Positions 34,945 through 42,857 of a stretch of DNA of 42,857 bases are shown piece after piece. Position 1 is the stretch's first letter; every line of letters starts with the position of its first letter. Source of the stretch: a virus. Its lineage: Duplodnaviria > Caudoviricetes. A program made the position numbers and the translations under genes. The DNA lies in IMG/VR virus record IMGVR_UViG_3300037127_000016, positions 1 to 42,857 of that record. One strand, written 5' to 3'. The notes under the pieces are model-generated. The model had not been told where the DNA came from and did no database searches. It was given only the letters and a program-made list of their open reading frames with translations.

Positions 34945-35342
34945 CGCAGGTCACTCCGCTTGCCCAGGTCGGCATACAACGCGAATCCAGGCAGCGTCTC
35001 GGTGACAGTGATTTCGAAGCGCAGCGAGGTCATGATCCGGTCTGTGAACACGCGGCGCGAATTCAGTGTGGTCGAGCCTGGATTGTCGAGTTGTCCTTCC
35101 GATGGCACTGGGTGCCAGTCGTTTGCCTGGGCGCCACTCGGCCGTACCAGTTCCGTGACGGTGATGGTTGCCGCCGTTGCAGCTGCAGGGGCCGATCCCA
35201 GGCTGTAGCCATAGGTGCCAAACGGAAAGCCTGAAACGGGCAAGTCGAATACATAGGGCGTCGGGTCCGCCTCAAGATCTTGGCCCTCGGACGGGGAAAG
35301 GCCATCTGCGCCTTTGGGCGGCCACAGTTGCACATAACTCAT
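34941..35342 (-). CDS. Hypothetical virion protein
   Basis: ATGA-coupled on both sides within the tail operon. Confidence 0.6.
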   Translation of the reverse strand: MSYVQLWPPKGADGLSPSEGQDLEADPTPYVFDLPVSGFPFGTYGYSLGSAPAAATAATITVTELVRPSGAQANDWHPVPSEGQLDNPGSTTLNSRRVFTDRIMTSLRFEITVTETLPGFALYADLGKRSDLR

Positions 35343-36232
35343 AGCGTGATCGACTCCGTTGCCATGGTGGGGACGCTTCCAAGCGTCGGAAAGTCGGCGA
35401 ACGAGCGCGATGCGTCCACGGTCCAGGTTTCGCCCTGGACGTCGGTCGCCGCGCCTACGCCGGGGAAAATATCGAACCCATATGCCGCGTCGCCCGGCGT
35501 CACAGCGGCGAGAATGGCGGTCTCCTGCAACACCATGCCCGCGTCATATCGACGCACGGTCAAGTCGGTGTCCGCTCGTTGCTCACTCCAGAGCAGGGCT
35601 ACCTCGTCGCCGCGCACCACAGGGGGAGCAGTGGGCGTGATTGACCACACCGCTTGGGGTTGCACCAGTCGGATATCGTTTGAGCCAGGGGCCACCGGCC
35701 GAGCAACGCACAGCACCGTCGATTCCGGGTAAATGAGGGGGCTGTACCAGATCTCGACTACAGCCCACCAGCCATCCGCAGGGACTGGCGGCACGAACGG
35801 CGGCACCATGAGCGGCAGAGACTCGGTCACCTCGACCAGCGGCAGTTGCGCATTGATCCATGAGCGCAGACCGCTCGGAGTGTACACCGGCGCGGCAGTG
35901 TTGGCGCCGACGACAATCGCGCGCAGCGCTTCCAGATCCTCTGGAATCGGCGTACACGTCGGGATCTGCAGGTATTCGTAGTACTGCAGCAGGACCGAGC
36001 GAAACGGCGTCGTTTCCGGTCGCATGTACACATTGAGGCACGATACAAACTCGACAATCCCGGGCTTCTCCGGCGTTCCGAGCACGGCACCAGTGCCATT
36101 CAGAGCAAGCGCGATCGCGTTCACCCAGCGGTCTGCCGCTTCCTTGTACGGGCCGGGCTGGTTCCAGAATGGCCCGGCCGGCAAGTACTGGCGCACTACG
36201 GCGCGAATCTGTTCGAGGGGTACCTGCATCAC
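35339..36232 (-). CDS. Baseplate wedge protein (Mu gp48-like) with a C-terminal extension
   Basis: YLPAGPFW, P.T....LLQYYEYLQIP.C and LC......P pattern; follows baseplate J. Confidence 0.7.
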   Translation of the reverse strand: MMQVPLEQIRAVVRQYLPAGPFWNQPGPYKEAADRWVNAIALALNGTGAVLGTPEKPGIVEFVSCLNVYMRPETTPFRSVLLQYYEYLQIPTCTPIPEDLEALRAIVVGANTAAPVYTPSGLRSWINAQLPLVEVTESLPLMVPPFVPPVPADGWWAVVEIWYSPLIYPESTVLCVARPVAPGSNDIRLVQPQAVWSITPTAPPVVRGDEVALLWSEQRADTDLTVRRYDAGMVLQETAILAAVTPGDAAYGFDIFPGVGAATDVQGETWTVDASRSFADFPTLGSVPTMATESITL

Positions 36233-37377
36233 GTCGGCCAGGTGATGATTCCTACCTGCAGCAGATTGGTGATTGCGGCGACAGCGTCACCGGCTGGCCC
36301 GAGGCCATCGACATCGACGAGCGTATGGTCCGTTACACCCTGCGTATTGGCGATCATCCCGCTGATCTCAGAGTTCGGTATGGTGTAGCCTTCGATTGCA
36401 TACCGCTCACCGAAGCCGGTTTTCAGCGCCGTATCGATCGCGGTGCGAATCTCTGGCGTATCTGGCACCGGAATGATCTCCAGCGGTACGAGACGCTCGG
36501 TCACGGCATCGACAAACACGCGGTCGTTTACCGACCGCACGTCATCAGCTTCGAGCTGCGTCTGCCAACCCGACAACTGACCAGCCGTCGGAATCTTGAT
36601 GAGCCAGGGGGTCGTGCTCTGTTCCTGAGTGGTGAGTCGCAGGAGCGGAAACAGCGAGATAGAGCCGTTGTACGGGTAGGCCTCCAGGCTGTAGACATCC
36701 CCGATTGCCCCGTCGAGCTGTGCGAGCAGAAACCTGTAATTCGCGGCGGTGCCGGCCGCGTTGCTCTGGGCTTTCTTCGCGCGCAGTAGGTCGTTTTTGG
36801 CGCAGTCGTCCGCCGGATCAGCGCCAGGGGTATCGACGGACACCACGACGGGTCGCGGGTCGATGTCGTCGTCGATGATAGCCAGGTTGACGGTCGAGCC
36901 GACTTCGAGGTTGTATAGCGAACCGATCGCAGCGGCCGTGATCTGGACGTTCAGCGTGTTTCCCGCTGGCCCCGGGTCGAAGTCAAGCTGAGCGTTCGTC
37001 GTGTACAGCTGACCTCCGTCGGACGCTATCGTAGTACCAGCCGGCAACGAGAACGCCTCACGACCAGTGACGGCGACCGTGAGAACCGCTACGGCGGCGA
37101 CGGGCACCGCAATGCCCTCGGCTTCGAGCTGGCTGTCGAGGTTCGCACCGGTGGCGCCGAACGGTGTCCCCTGACTGGCGAACTCGCGCGCGCGGACGAA
37201 CACGTCGAAGAACAACCGCCCGAGTGCGGTACCGAGTGGATATAGCGTCGAAGTGTTGTCGAATGCGCTCTCGCCGACCTCCTCATACTCGGAGGTGATC
37301 GCCAGGCGGGTGTCGACCAGCGACTCGTCGATCGTTGGGACCGGCAGATCAAGCAGCTTCGGATCAGACATCCTCAT
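36229..37377 (-). CDS. Baseplate J / Mu gp47-like protein
   Basis: ATGANLD, LPAGT, AAAIGSLYNL, GAD, AGTAANY and ISGMIANTQGVTDH motifs. Confidence 0.88.
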   Translation of the reverse strand: MRMSDPKLLDLPVPTIDESLVDTRLAITSEYEEVGESAFDNTSTLYPLGTALGRLFFDVFVRAREFASQGTPFGATGANLDSQLEAEGIAVPVAAVAVLTVAVTGREAFSLPAGTTIASDGGQLYTTNAQLDFDPGPAGNTLNVQITAAAIGSLYNLEVGSTVNLAIIDDDIDPRPVVVSVDTPGADPADDCAKNDLLRAKKAQSNAAGTAANYRFLLAQLDGAIGDVYSLEAYPYNGSISLFPLLRLTTQEQSTTPWLIKIPTAGQLSGWQTQLEADDVRSVNDRVFVDAVTERLVPLEIIPVPDTPEIRTAIDTALKTGFGERYAIEGYTIPNSEISGMIANTQGVTDHTLVDVDGLGPAGDAVAAITNLLQVGIITWPT

Positions 37378-37708
37378 CCCTCCGTAGGAGACCTTCCGAT
37401 GTCACCATGATGTTGATTCCGATCTGTAGGCCATCGGCGGCGGCGGATACACCCGCGTCGATAGCATGACGATCTACTACGCGTTGCGTTTCTGCAGTAA
37501 TCGCGAGCTTGCCGCCGGGTAGCGTTTGACGAATCTCGGTCAGCCGGCTGCCGTATTCCTCGCCGTTCCAGACCGAGGTCGGATCGTCCGTTTGGTCGGT
37601 AAGCAGCTCGGCGGCAAGGGATGTCACCTTGCGCACGGCCTCGGACTGCGAAGCCGTCGCGCGGCGGGCGAAGAAGCTATCCAGGGTGACCAACTCGGGC
37701 TCGGCCAT
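37364..37708 (-). CDS. Baseplate protein (Mu gp46-like)
   Basis: LLTD......W.G...GSRL motif; synteny. Confidence 0.65.
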   Translation of the reverse strand: MAEPELVTLDSFFARRATASQSEAVRKVTSLAAELLTDQTDDPTSVWNGEEYGSRLTEIRQTLPGGKLAITAETQRVVDRHAIDAGVSAAADGLQIGINIMVTSEGLLRRDEDV

Positions 37709-38139
37709 TACTCTGCCGTCACTTTCTGTGTGCCAACCGGAAACCCGGACATCCCCGTCAGAAACGTCGATTTCAGGCTCGCGCCGCCATCTGCGGCCAC
37801 GACAACAGCGTTCGTCATGGCGTCGACCACGGCCTGGACATCCGACTTGAGCGCAAGGGATACGGCATTCGCGATGGTCTCGGCCAGGATGACCGCTGGT
37901 CCCTGCACAATGCGCGCGTCGGTCTGCAAGGCCTCGCGAATCGGCAACGCGACAAACTCGCCATCAGCTCCGGCAAACTCCAACAGGTGCACGCGAGATC
38001 CGACTGCGACCGGGTACTCGTCGCCACCGAAACGCACCAGGGCGATATCCAGGATCTGAACGCCCTCCGCTTGGACATCAAGCGAGATCCGACCGTCTTT
38101 GTTGTCGATGGCGATGACCTTGGCGGATAGCAGGCTCAT
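37708..38139 (-). CDS. Baseplate spike/assembly protein (Mu gp45-like)
   Basis: Synteny; OB-fold-like N-terminus RFGG..YPVAVGSRV; C-terminal GTQKVTAE. Confidence 0.6.
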   Translation of the reverse strand: MSLLSAKVIAIDNKDGRISLDVQAEGVQILDIALVRFGGDEYPVAVGSRVHLLEFAGADGEFVALPIREALQTDARIVQGPAVILAETIANAVSLALKSDVQAVVDAMTNAVVVAADGGASLKSTFLTGMSGFPVGTQKVTAE

Positions 38140-39152
38140 GCGGCCCCCGGAAGTTGCACGCGGCGTGCGCGGGAATCGTACACGGCCGGCAGCACAAGGC
38201 GCGCGGCATAGGTGGCGGTGGTCGGCGTCAGGTTGGCCTCCATGGACTCGACGATCAGAGTCGTGTCGATCTCGTTGGCAGGGTCGCGCAATCGCACGAC
38301 GTCGCCGGGCTCCGCGGCCCAGGATGACAGCGAGACATCGGCCGAGAACGCCTTGCCCGCCCGCTTGGCAGCTTCCCACAGTGCCAGCCCGATCGCGTCA
38401 GCCTTGCTGTTGGCGGCCGAGTTGGCAATCACGAGTTGGCTGGGCCGCGCCTCGACCGGCGTCGCCACGAAATCCTCGGACACCTGGTCGGCGTCGACGT
38501 CGGACTCGGGCGACGTGTCGGCGGCGACCGCGATTCGCTGGCCACGCACGAGGACGGAATCGCGCCAGTCTACGATCGACTCGTTGCGTGACTGGACCTC
38601 GAGAAGCGGGTGACCGTCCGGCTGCCATGTGCGCGACGCCGGCGCCCCAGTGTAGTCGTACATGACGACACGACCGGCCGCGTCGTCGGTGAGCACCCAT
38701 GTGCCGGCCGCTGCCAGCCGCTGGAGGGCGGCAAGTAGCGTCTCGCCACTCTTCACGCGGAATCGAGAGATCGTCCGCTGTGGCGCGCTTGGCGCGACCT
38801 GGAGGCGAACCTGTGCCGCCAGTGACGCTGTGATATCGGCGTGCGTTCGCGAGGCTTCGCCAGCGTTGCGACGGAAGAGCTGATTGCTCCCAGACTGCCA
38901 GACCCCCAGCGCCGCCGTGAGACTCCGGATCATGGTTGAGTAGCCGCGCGTTCTGGCCCCCTTGGGGGCCTCGGCAACTCCGGTCAACCTGGTCACACCG
39001 CCGTCTGCGAGGACGACGCGCGCGCCGCGGTCGCGAAACGGCGGATCGACGAGAACGGCTTGCGCCTCGCCCATCGGCGTCTCCAGCGAGCGGCGAACTC
39101 GCAACGACTGCCAAAGCACCGGCCGGCCGGCGACCGCGATCGACCATGTCAT
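38136..39152 (-). CDS. Baseplate hub protein (Mu gp44/P-like)
   Basis: W.SLRVRRSLE, F.V.SGET...LQRLA...LTDDAAGRVV and W..EPG..V. Confidence 0.82.
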   Translation of the reverse strand: MTWSIAVAGRPVLWQSLRVRRSLETPMGEAQAVLVDPPFRDRGARVVLADGGVTRLTGVAEAPKGARTRGYSTMIRSLTAALGVWQSGSNQLFRRNAGEASRTHADITASLAAQVRLQVAPSAPQRTISRFRVKSGETLLAALQRLAAAGTWVLTDDAAGRVVMYDYTGAPASRTWQPDGHPLLEVQSRNESIVDWRDSVLVRGQRIAVAADTSPESDVDADQVSEDFVATPVEARPSQLVIANSAANSKADAIGLALWEAAKRAGKAFSADVSLSSWAAEPGDVVRLRDPANEIDTTLIVESMEANLTPTTATYAARLVLPAVYDSRARRVQLPGAA

Positions 39153-39219
39153 AGCGCCACCGCCCACAGCACGATCATCGATATTAGTCTAACCGCCAAT
39201 GAAATCAAGGGTGTACACA

Positions 39220-40164
39220 TCACAGCTGCACCGTCCCGCTCGGGAACCATCGGCGGACGGCCTCGCGATTGCGACTGGCCAGGATGCGCGGGTCAACATC
39301 CTGCGCAACACCGACCGCCTGTAGACTACCGCCGACGACCTCGACACTCTGGGCCAGCGCACCGCCACCGAGACTCGACAGCAGCAGCTTGGCCACCTGG
39401 AGCTGTTTCAGCAGGGTGGCCGAGTTCCGTGCGCTGGCGATGTTCATGAGCTCGGAGTACAGGCGAGTGCGAGCGACCGGCGTATACTCGCCAGCGTCCA
39501 CGACGCGGGTAGCCTGGCCCAGGTCCTGGATCGCGCCAGGAACGCCGCTTGCCTGAATATTCGCATCCTCCAGGAGCTTGGCGGTCGTCAACGTGGCGGT
39601 TTCCGCGTCGGTCGCGCCCACGGTTCCGAGCTCGGTTGCGGCCAATGACAGCTCGTCGAAAGGCACCAGCTCGTCGACGTACGACGACGCAATAGCCGTC
39701 ATCTGCTCGCGCGCATCGGCGCCGGTGCTGGCGACGTCGGTCGGCTGTGGCACTGGACGCGGGAACTCTGCCGGGGCGAATGTCGCGTCGAACTGCACAC
39801 AGCGGACGTGTTGCGTCATGATCTGCGCACGAAATTCGACACACAGGTGATTGGATAGCGCCCCCTTCCATGGGTGGATCAGGGTCTGTGGATTGGGGTT
39901 GTTGACGGCGCGCTCGAGGGCGTCGAAGTCTCGGAGCACGTCGCGCGGCTCGCGACGCGGACCTACCAGGGCCGCCAGATACGCGCGCATCGGCACCTTT
40001 TGCAGCACCAGTGCGCGACGTAGCACCCTCGTCCCGACGCCAACCGCGGTCTGCTCGGCGACCTGGTGTCCGGCCATGGCCCCAAACGACTCGACGCCGA
40101 ACGGAATCCCGGCGAACGATGCCGGCTGAAGCGAGTCGAAGAACTCCTGTGAGAAGTCGGCCAC
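39220..40164 (-). CDS. DNA circularisation N-terminal domain protein (Mu gpN-like)
   Basis: LQPASFAGIPFGV and TLIHPWKG; follows the tape measure gene. Confidence 0.82.
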   Translation of the reverse strand: MADFSQEFFDSLQPASFAGIPFGVESFGAMAGHQVAEQTAVGVGTRVLRRALVLQKVPMRAYLAALVGPRREPRDVLRDFDALERAVNNPNPQTLIHPWKGALSNHLCVEFRAQIMTQHVRCVQFDATFAPAEFPRPVPQPTDVASTGADAREQMTAIASSYVDELVPFDELSLAATELGTVGATDAETATLTTAKLLEDANIQASGVPGAIQDLGQATRVVDAGEYTPVARTRLYSELMNIASARNSATLLKQLQVAKLLLSSLGGGALAQSVEVVGGSLQAVGVAQDVDPRILASRNREAVRRWFPSGTVQL

Positions 40165-41957
40165 TACCTCGCCCCCGTGGACGGCGCATTGCTGGCGACG
40201 TCCGACAGCTGTGCCTGATTGACTGTATCTCGACCGCTGGCCGTGGATGTCTCCAGGTTCTGCGATGCGCGCTGAATGGCTTGTGCGGCCTGATTGAGGC
40301 CAACGGCAGCGGCGACAGCGGCGGCGGCGGCGGCGGCGTCGCGTTGGCGCTGCGCATCCCGCTCAGCGGCGATCTCCTCGATCAATCCGCGCTCCAGTTC
40401 GCCGACCTCGCCGCCGAACCGAGCACGCGGCGCTACTTCGCCGACACGAAGGCCGACGCCTTCTTCTCGTTGCGCCAACAGCGCGGACACGATCGCAGCT
40501 TCCGGCGAGACGTCCGTCGGAAAGCCACGTGACGCCATCGCCTCGGCTTGTGAACGCTCCTCGGCTGTAGCCTCGACGGCCTCGCGGCTGATCACTCCGC
40601 CCCGCAATACGCCGAGCCGAGTGGCTTCCGCTCGCGTGCGCGCCATCTGCTCACGTCGCGCCAGGTCTTCGGCAACCGCTTCTTCGGTGCCGAGCTCTTC
40701 TTGACGACCGGCCAGCCCAGTAGCTACGGCGATTTGACCAGCCAGTTCGCCGATGCCCTCGCCGATACTGCCAACCGCGTCGGCGGCCTCGCCAGCAACG
40801 ACAACGAATGCCGCCAAGGCGGCTGTCAATGCCTCAACGCGTTCCGGTGTGAAAGCGTCATCCATCCTGTTTCGGAGCTCGTTGAGTGAGCGCGAGATTC
40901 GTGCACCGCTCGTTTCCTGTTTGGCGGCGAAATCCTCCTGGATCGTGTTGGCGTTGGCCGCCGAGTTCGCTATAGAGTCCCATTTCTTGCGCACGTTCTC
41001 ATCGAGTAGCGCACCGATGAACTTGACTGCGCCGGCATCTTTGAGTGCTTGCTGCAGCCGTACCGGATCGTCGAGGCCCTTGCGCCTCATCTGGTCGAGA
41101 ATCGTGCGTAGGTCTCGGAGTTGGCGCTTGCCGTCCTTCTTGTCGAACACCTTGATTCCGAGCTTTCGCAGCTTGGGACCACGGGCGATCAGTTGCTTGA
41201 TCGCAGCATTCATACCGGTGGCGGCCTCGGCGGCTTCGCCGAAACCACGCCCCTTGACGACCTGCAGCGCTGCGACCATGTCCGCAATGCCCGCTTTCCC
41301 GGACACGGCGACGTCGTCAAACTGAGTGGCCACCCGGCCGAGCAGGGTGCCCATCTGCGAGAGGGGTACAGAGCCCTCTTTGCCGGCTTGAATCGCGGCG
41401 TTCAGAGCGCCTTCCATATCCTTGGCGCTGCCCTGGCCCTTGAAGAAAGCCTTGTCGAGGGCATCCCACGTTGACGCGAGATCCTCGACCGGTGCACGGG
41501 ACGCGACCGACGCGCGGGCCAGCACATCGAGCTTCTCGTTGAGTTCGCTTGTGTTGCCTTGCAGGTTCGCGATAGCGTCGGCGCCGTCGAGGATGACCGA
41601 GCGGGATACGCCCGTCTCGTTGCTGATATTTCTGATCGCCTGGCGCAGTTCGTGGGCTTCCGGGCGCGTCCTGCCCATCTGAACGCGGACATCTTCGAGA
41701 CGAGTCTCGAATTCGCGAACGCGTGCACCAGCTTGCGCAAGGCCGCCGACGACGCCAGCGCCGAGGACTGCCCCGGTGCCGCCGATGATGTTGCGCCCGA
41801 TTTTGCCTGCGCGCTTTCCTATCCCCTTGCGCAGCTTGGCGCCCATGCGATCGCCGGTCTTCTCGGCGTCGACTTCGGCGCGCCGGAAGATGCGCCGAAG
41901 CTGAGCTGAGAACAGGTCTCGAAGGCGTAGAGCTACGCTGACGGGGAAGGATGCCAT
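40164..41957 (-). CDS. Tail tape measure protein
   Basis: 597 aa, Ala-rich and helical; FETRLEDVR, AGKEGSV.L, EAATG and LGIKVFD..GK..RDL. Confidence 0.9.
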   Translation of the reverse strand: MASFPVSVALRLRDLFSAQLRRIFRRAEVDAEKTGDRMGAKLRKGIGKRAGKIGRNIIGGTGAVLGAGVVGGLAQAGARVREFETRLEDVRVQMGRTRPEAHELRQAIRNISNETGVSRSVILDGADAIANLQGNTSELNEKLDVLARASVASRAPVEDLASTWDALDKAFFKGQGSAKDMEGALNAAIQAGKEGSVPLSQMGTLLGRVATQFDDVAVSGKAGIADMVAALQVVKGRGFGEAAEAATGMNAAIKQLIARGPKLRKLGIKVFDKKDGKRQLRDLRTILDQMRRKGLDDPVRLQQALKDAGAVKFIGALLDENVRKKWDSIANSAANANTIQEDFAAKQETSGARISRSLNELRNRMDDAFTPERVEALTAALAAFVVVAGEAADAVGSIGEGIGELAGQIAVATGLAGRQEELGTEEAVAEDLARREQMARTRAEATRLGVLRGGVISREAVEATAEERSQAEAMASRGFPTDVSPEAAIVSALLAQREEGVGLRVGEVAPRARFGGEVGELERGLIEEIAAERDAQRQRDAAAAAAAVAAAVGLNQAAQAIQRASQNLETSTASGRDTVNQAQLSDVASNAPSTGAR

Positions 41958-41960
41958 GAC

Positions 41961-42365
41961 TCAGTTGTCGGTTTTCAGTTCCTGAGCGAATGTCGTGAAC
42001 GCGACGATGAGCTCGTCTGACAAACCAGTGACCAGGTTGGTTTCTGGCAGTGCATCGCCTTGAATGAGAATGCACAGGTTGAACGTCATCGTGCGCCCAA
42101 TGCTCACCCACGTGGCGGTTGCCGCGCGCATGTCGCGCAACCAGGTGAGATCCTGGTCGGCCACCGGAGTGAACTTAATCTTTCCGTAGGACGTCTTTCC
42201 CATGTAGCGCGCGACACCATGCACGTCTGGGATCTCGTCGAAAACAACGCCGGTCGGCGACCACTTGAATTCCGATGCCAGCGTCACAGAATAGTCGCGG
42301 TCAAGGTTGGGTCCGGAGAATGTCAGGCTACCGTGGGAAGCCGGAATTCTTGAAATCGTGCTCAT
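41961..42365 (-). CDS. Tail tube protein (Mu gpM-like)
   Basis: 134 aa, beta-rich, ATGA-coupled to the sheath gene; G...G motif DVHGVARYMG. Confidence 0.65.
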   Translation of the reverse strand: MSTISRIPASHGSLTFSGPNLDRDYSVTLASEFKWSPTGVVFDEIPDVHGVARYMGKTSYGKIKFTPVADQDLTWLRDMRAATATWVSIGRTMTFNLCILIQGDALPETNLVTGLSDELIVAFTTFAQELKTDN

Positions 42366-42857
42366 ACGACGACCTCCTGCAGGAATACAACGGCTTCCAT
42401 GACGCGGGCGATATTCGTCAACGTCGGGTCATACTGCTGTCGGAAGCCCTTTGCGATGTTTCCCTCGACCACGAGAATGGTGCCGACGAGAACCGCCTCG
42501 ACCGTCTGCTGATTGGGTGCGGTGATGATCTGATCGACCCACGCCTGGACGAGAACCGCGCGACCTTTGGTGGTAACTAGATCCTCGCTAGTCACGAAAG
42601 GCGCTTGCTCGGGCGCGATTGGACCTCCGGTGTTGATGGCCTTGCCGCGCTCGCCATCGAGCATTGCCTTGATACGGGTGAGCAACTCGCGTGCAGACAG
42701 CACCAGCGCGATGTCGAAGAAGCGCAGATCCTCCTCGTTCTGGGCGTTTTCGCGCCTGGAGTTGACGACCTGCACGGATAGCGTCTGACCGTTGACTTCG
42801 CGATATGGAGATCCGCCAGCCTGCAGAATCAGATCCGGGTTCCAGGACACCGTCGGC
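42362..42857 (-). CDS. Tail sheath protein, 3' part (continuation of 1..1095)
   Basis: In frame through the terminal overlap; GGSP and EDLRFFDI motifs resemble the Mu-type sheath C-terminus. Confidence 0.85.
   Translation of the reverse strand, partial: PTVSWNPDLILQAGGSPYREVNGQTLSVQVVNSRRENAQNEEDLRFFDIALVLSARELLTRIKAMLDGERGKAINTGGPIAPEQAPFVTSEDLVTTKGRAVLVQAWVDQIITAPNQQTVEAVLVGTILVVEGNIAKGFRQQYDPTLTNIARVMEAVVFLQEVVV
42731..42857. repeat. 127-bp terminal direct repeat, copy 2
   Basis: Identical to 1-127. Confidence 0.97.

Noticed and set aside
39153-39219. AT-rich gap as a dif-like attP site
   Set aside because: I could not align a XerD arm (TTATGTTAAAT-like).
1-42857. CRISPR array, tRNA, DGR/retron, invertase or recoded stop codons
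   Set aside because: I saw no regularly spaced repeats, cloverleaf, reverse transcriptase or recombinase, and the genes tile well under the standard code.

Overview
The window is a complete, circularly assembled, GC-rich tailed phage genome of 42,730 bp. Positions 42731-42857 exactly repeat 1-127, and the tail sheath gene runs across this junction. The head and packaging module is lambda-type (GpA-family TerL, gpW-like adaptor, lambda-family portal, protease-capsid fusion, DUF2190-like cement). The tail and baseplate are Mu-type and contractile (sheath, tube, tape measure, gpN-, gp44-, gp45-, gp46-, gp47/J- and gp48-like proteins), and there is a GH25 endolysin. The non-structural part holds a DNA-modification cluster (PAPS-reductase family protein, MT-A70 methylase, Gp37/Gp68 radical-SAM-like protein, dual-frame C5 methylase), a RecE-like nuclease plus AAA ATPase, a Holliday junction resolvase, four HTH regulators, an RHH protein and an ASCH protein. 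I see no integrase, transposase, partition system or clear replication initiator. The most notable observations are: (1) a ~700-nt densely base-paired non-coding region at 22.27-22.97 kb, a candidate large structured phage ncRNA; (2) a lambda-like cosQ/cosN site at ~25.1 kb flanked by CGCAAGT repeats, with TerS displaced ~16 kb from TerL on the opposite strand; (3) an operator-controlled cassette of small acidic proteins with an RHH gene, a candidate anti-defence operon, which includes a gene frameshifted by a 16-bp tandem duplication; (4) a repeated RNA hairpin plus RBS motif bounding a gene cassette; (5) a shared Ig-like module appended to two virion proteins; (6) no tail chaperone between the tube and tape measure genes. 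All product calls come from recognising motifs and synteny by eye; no database searches were run.
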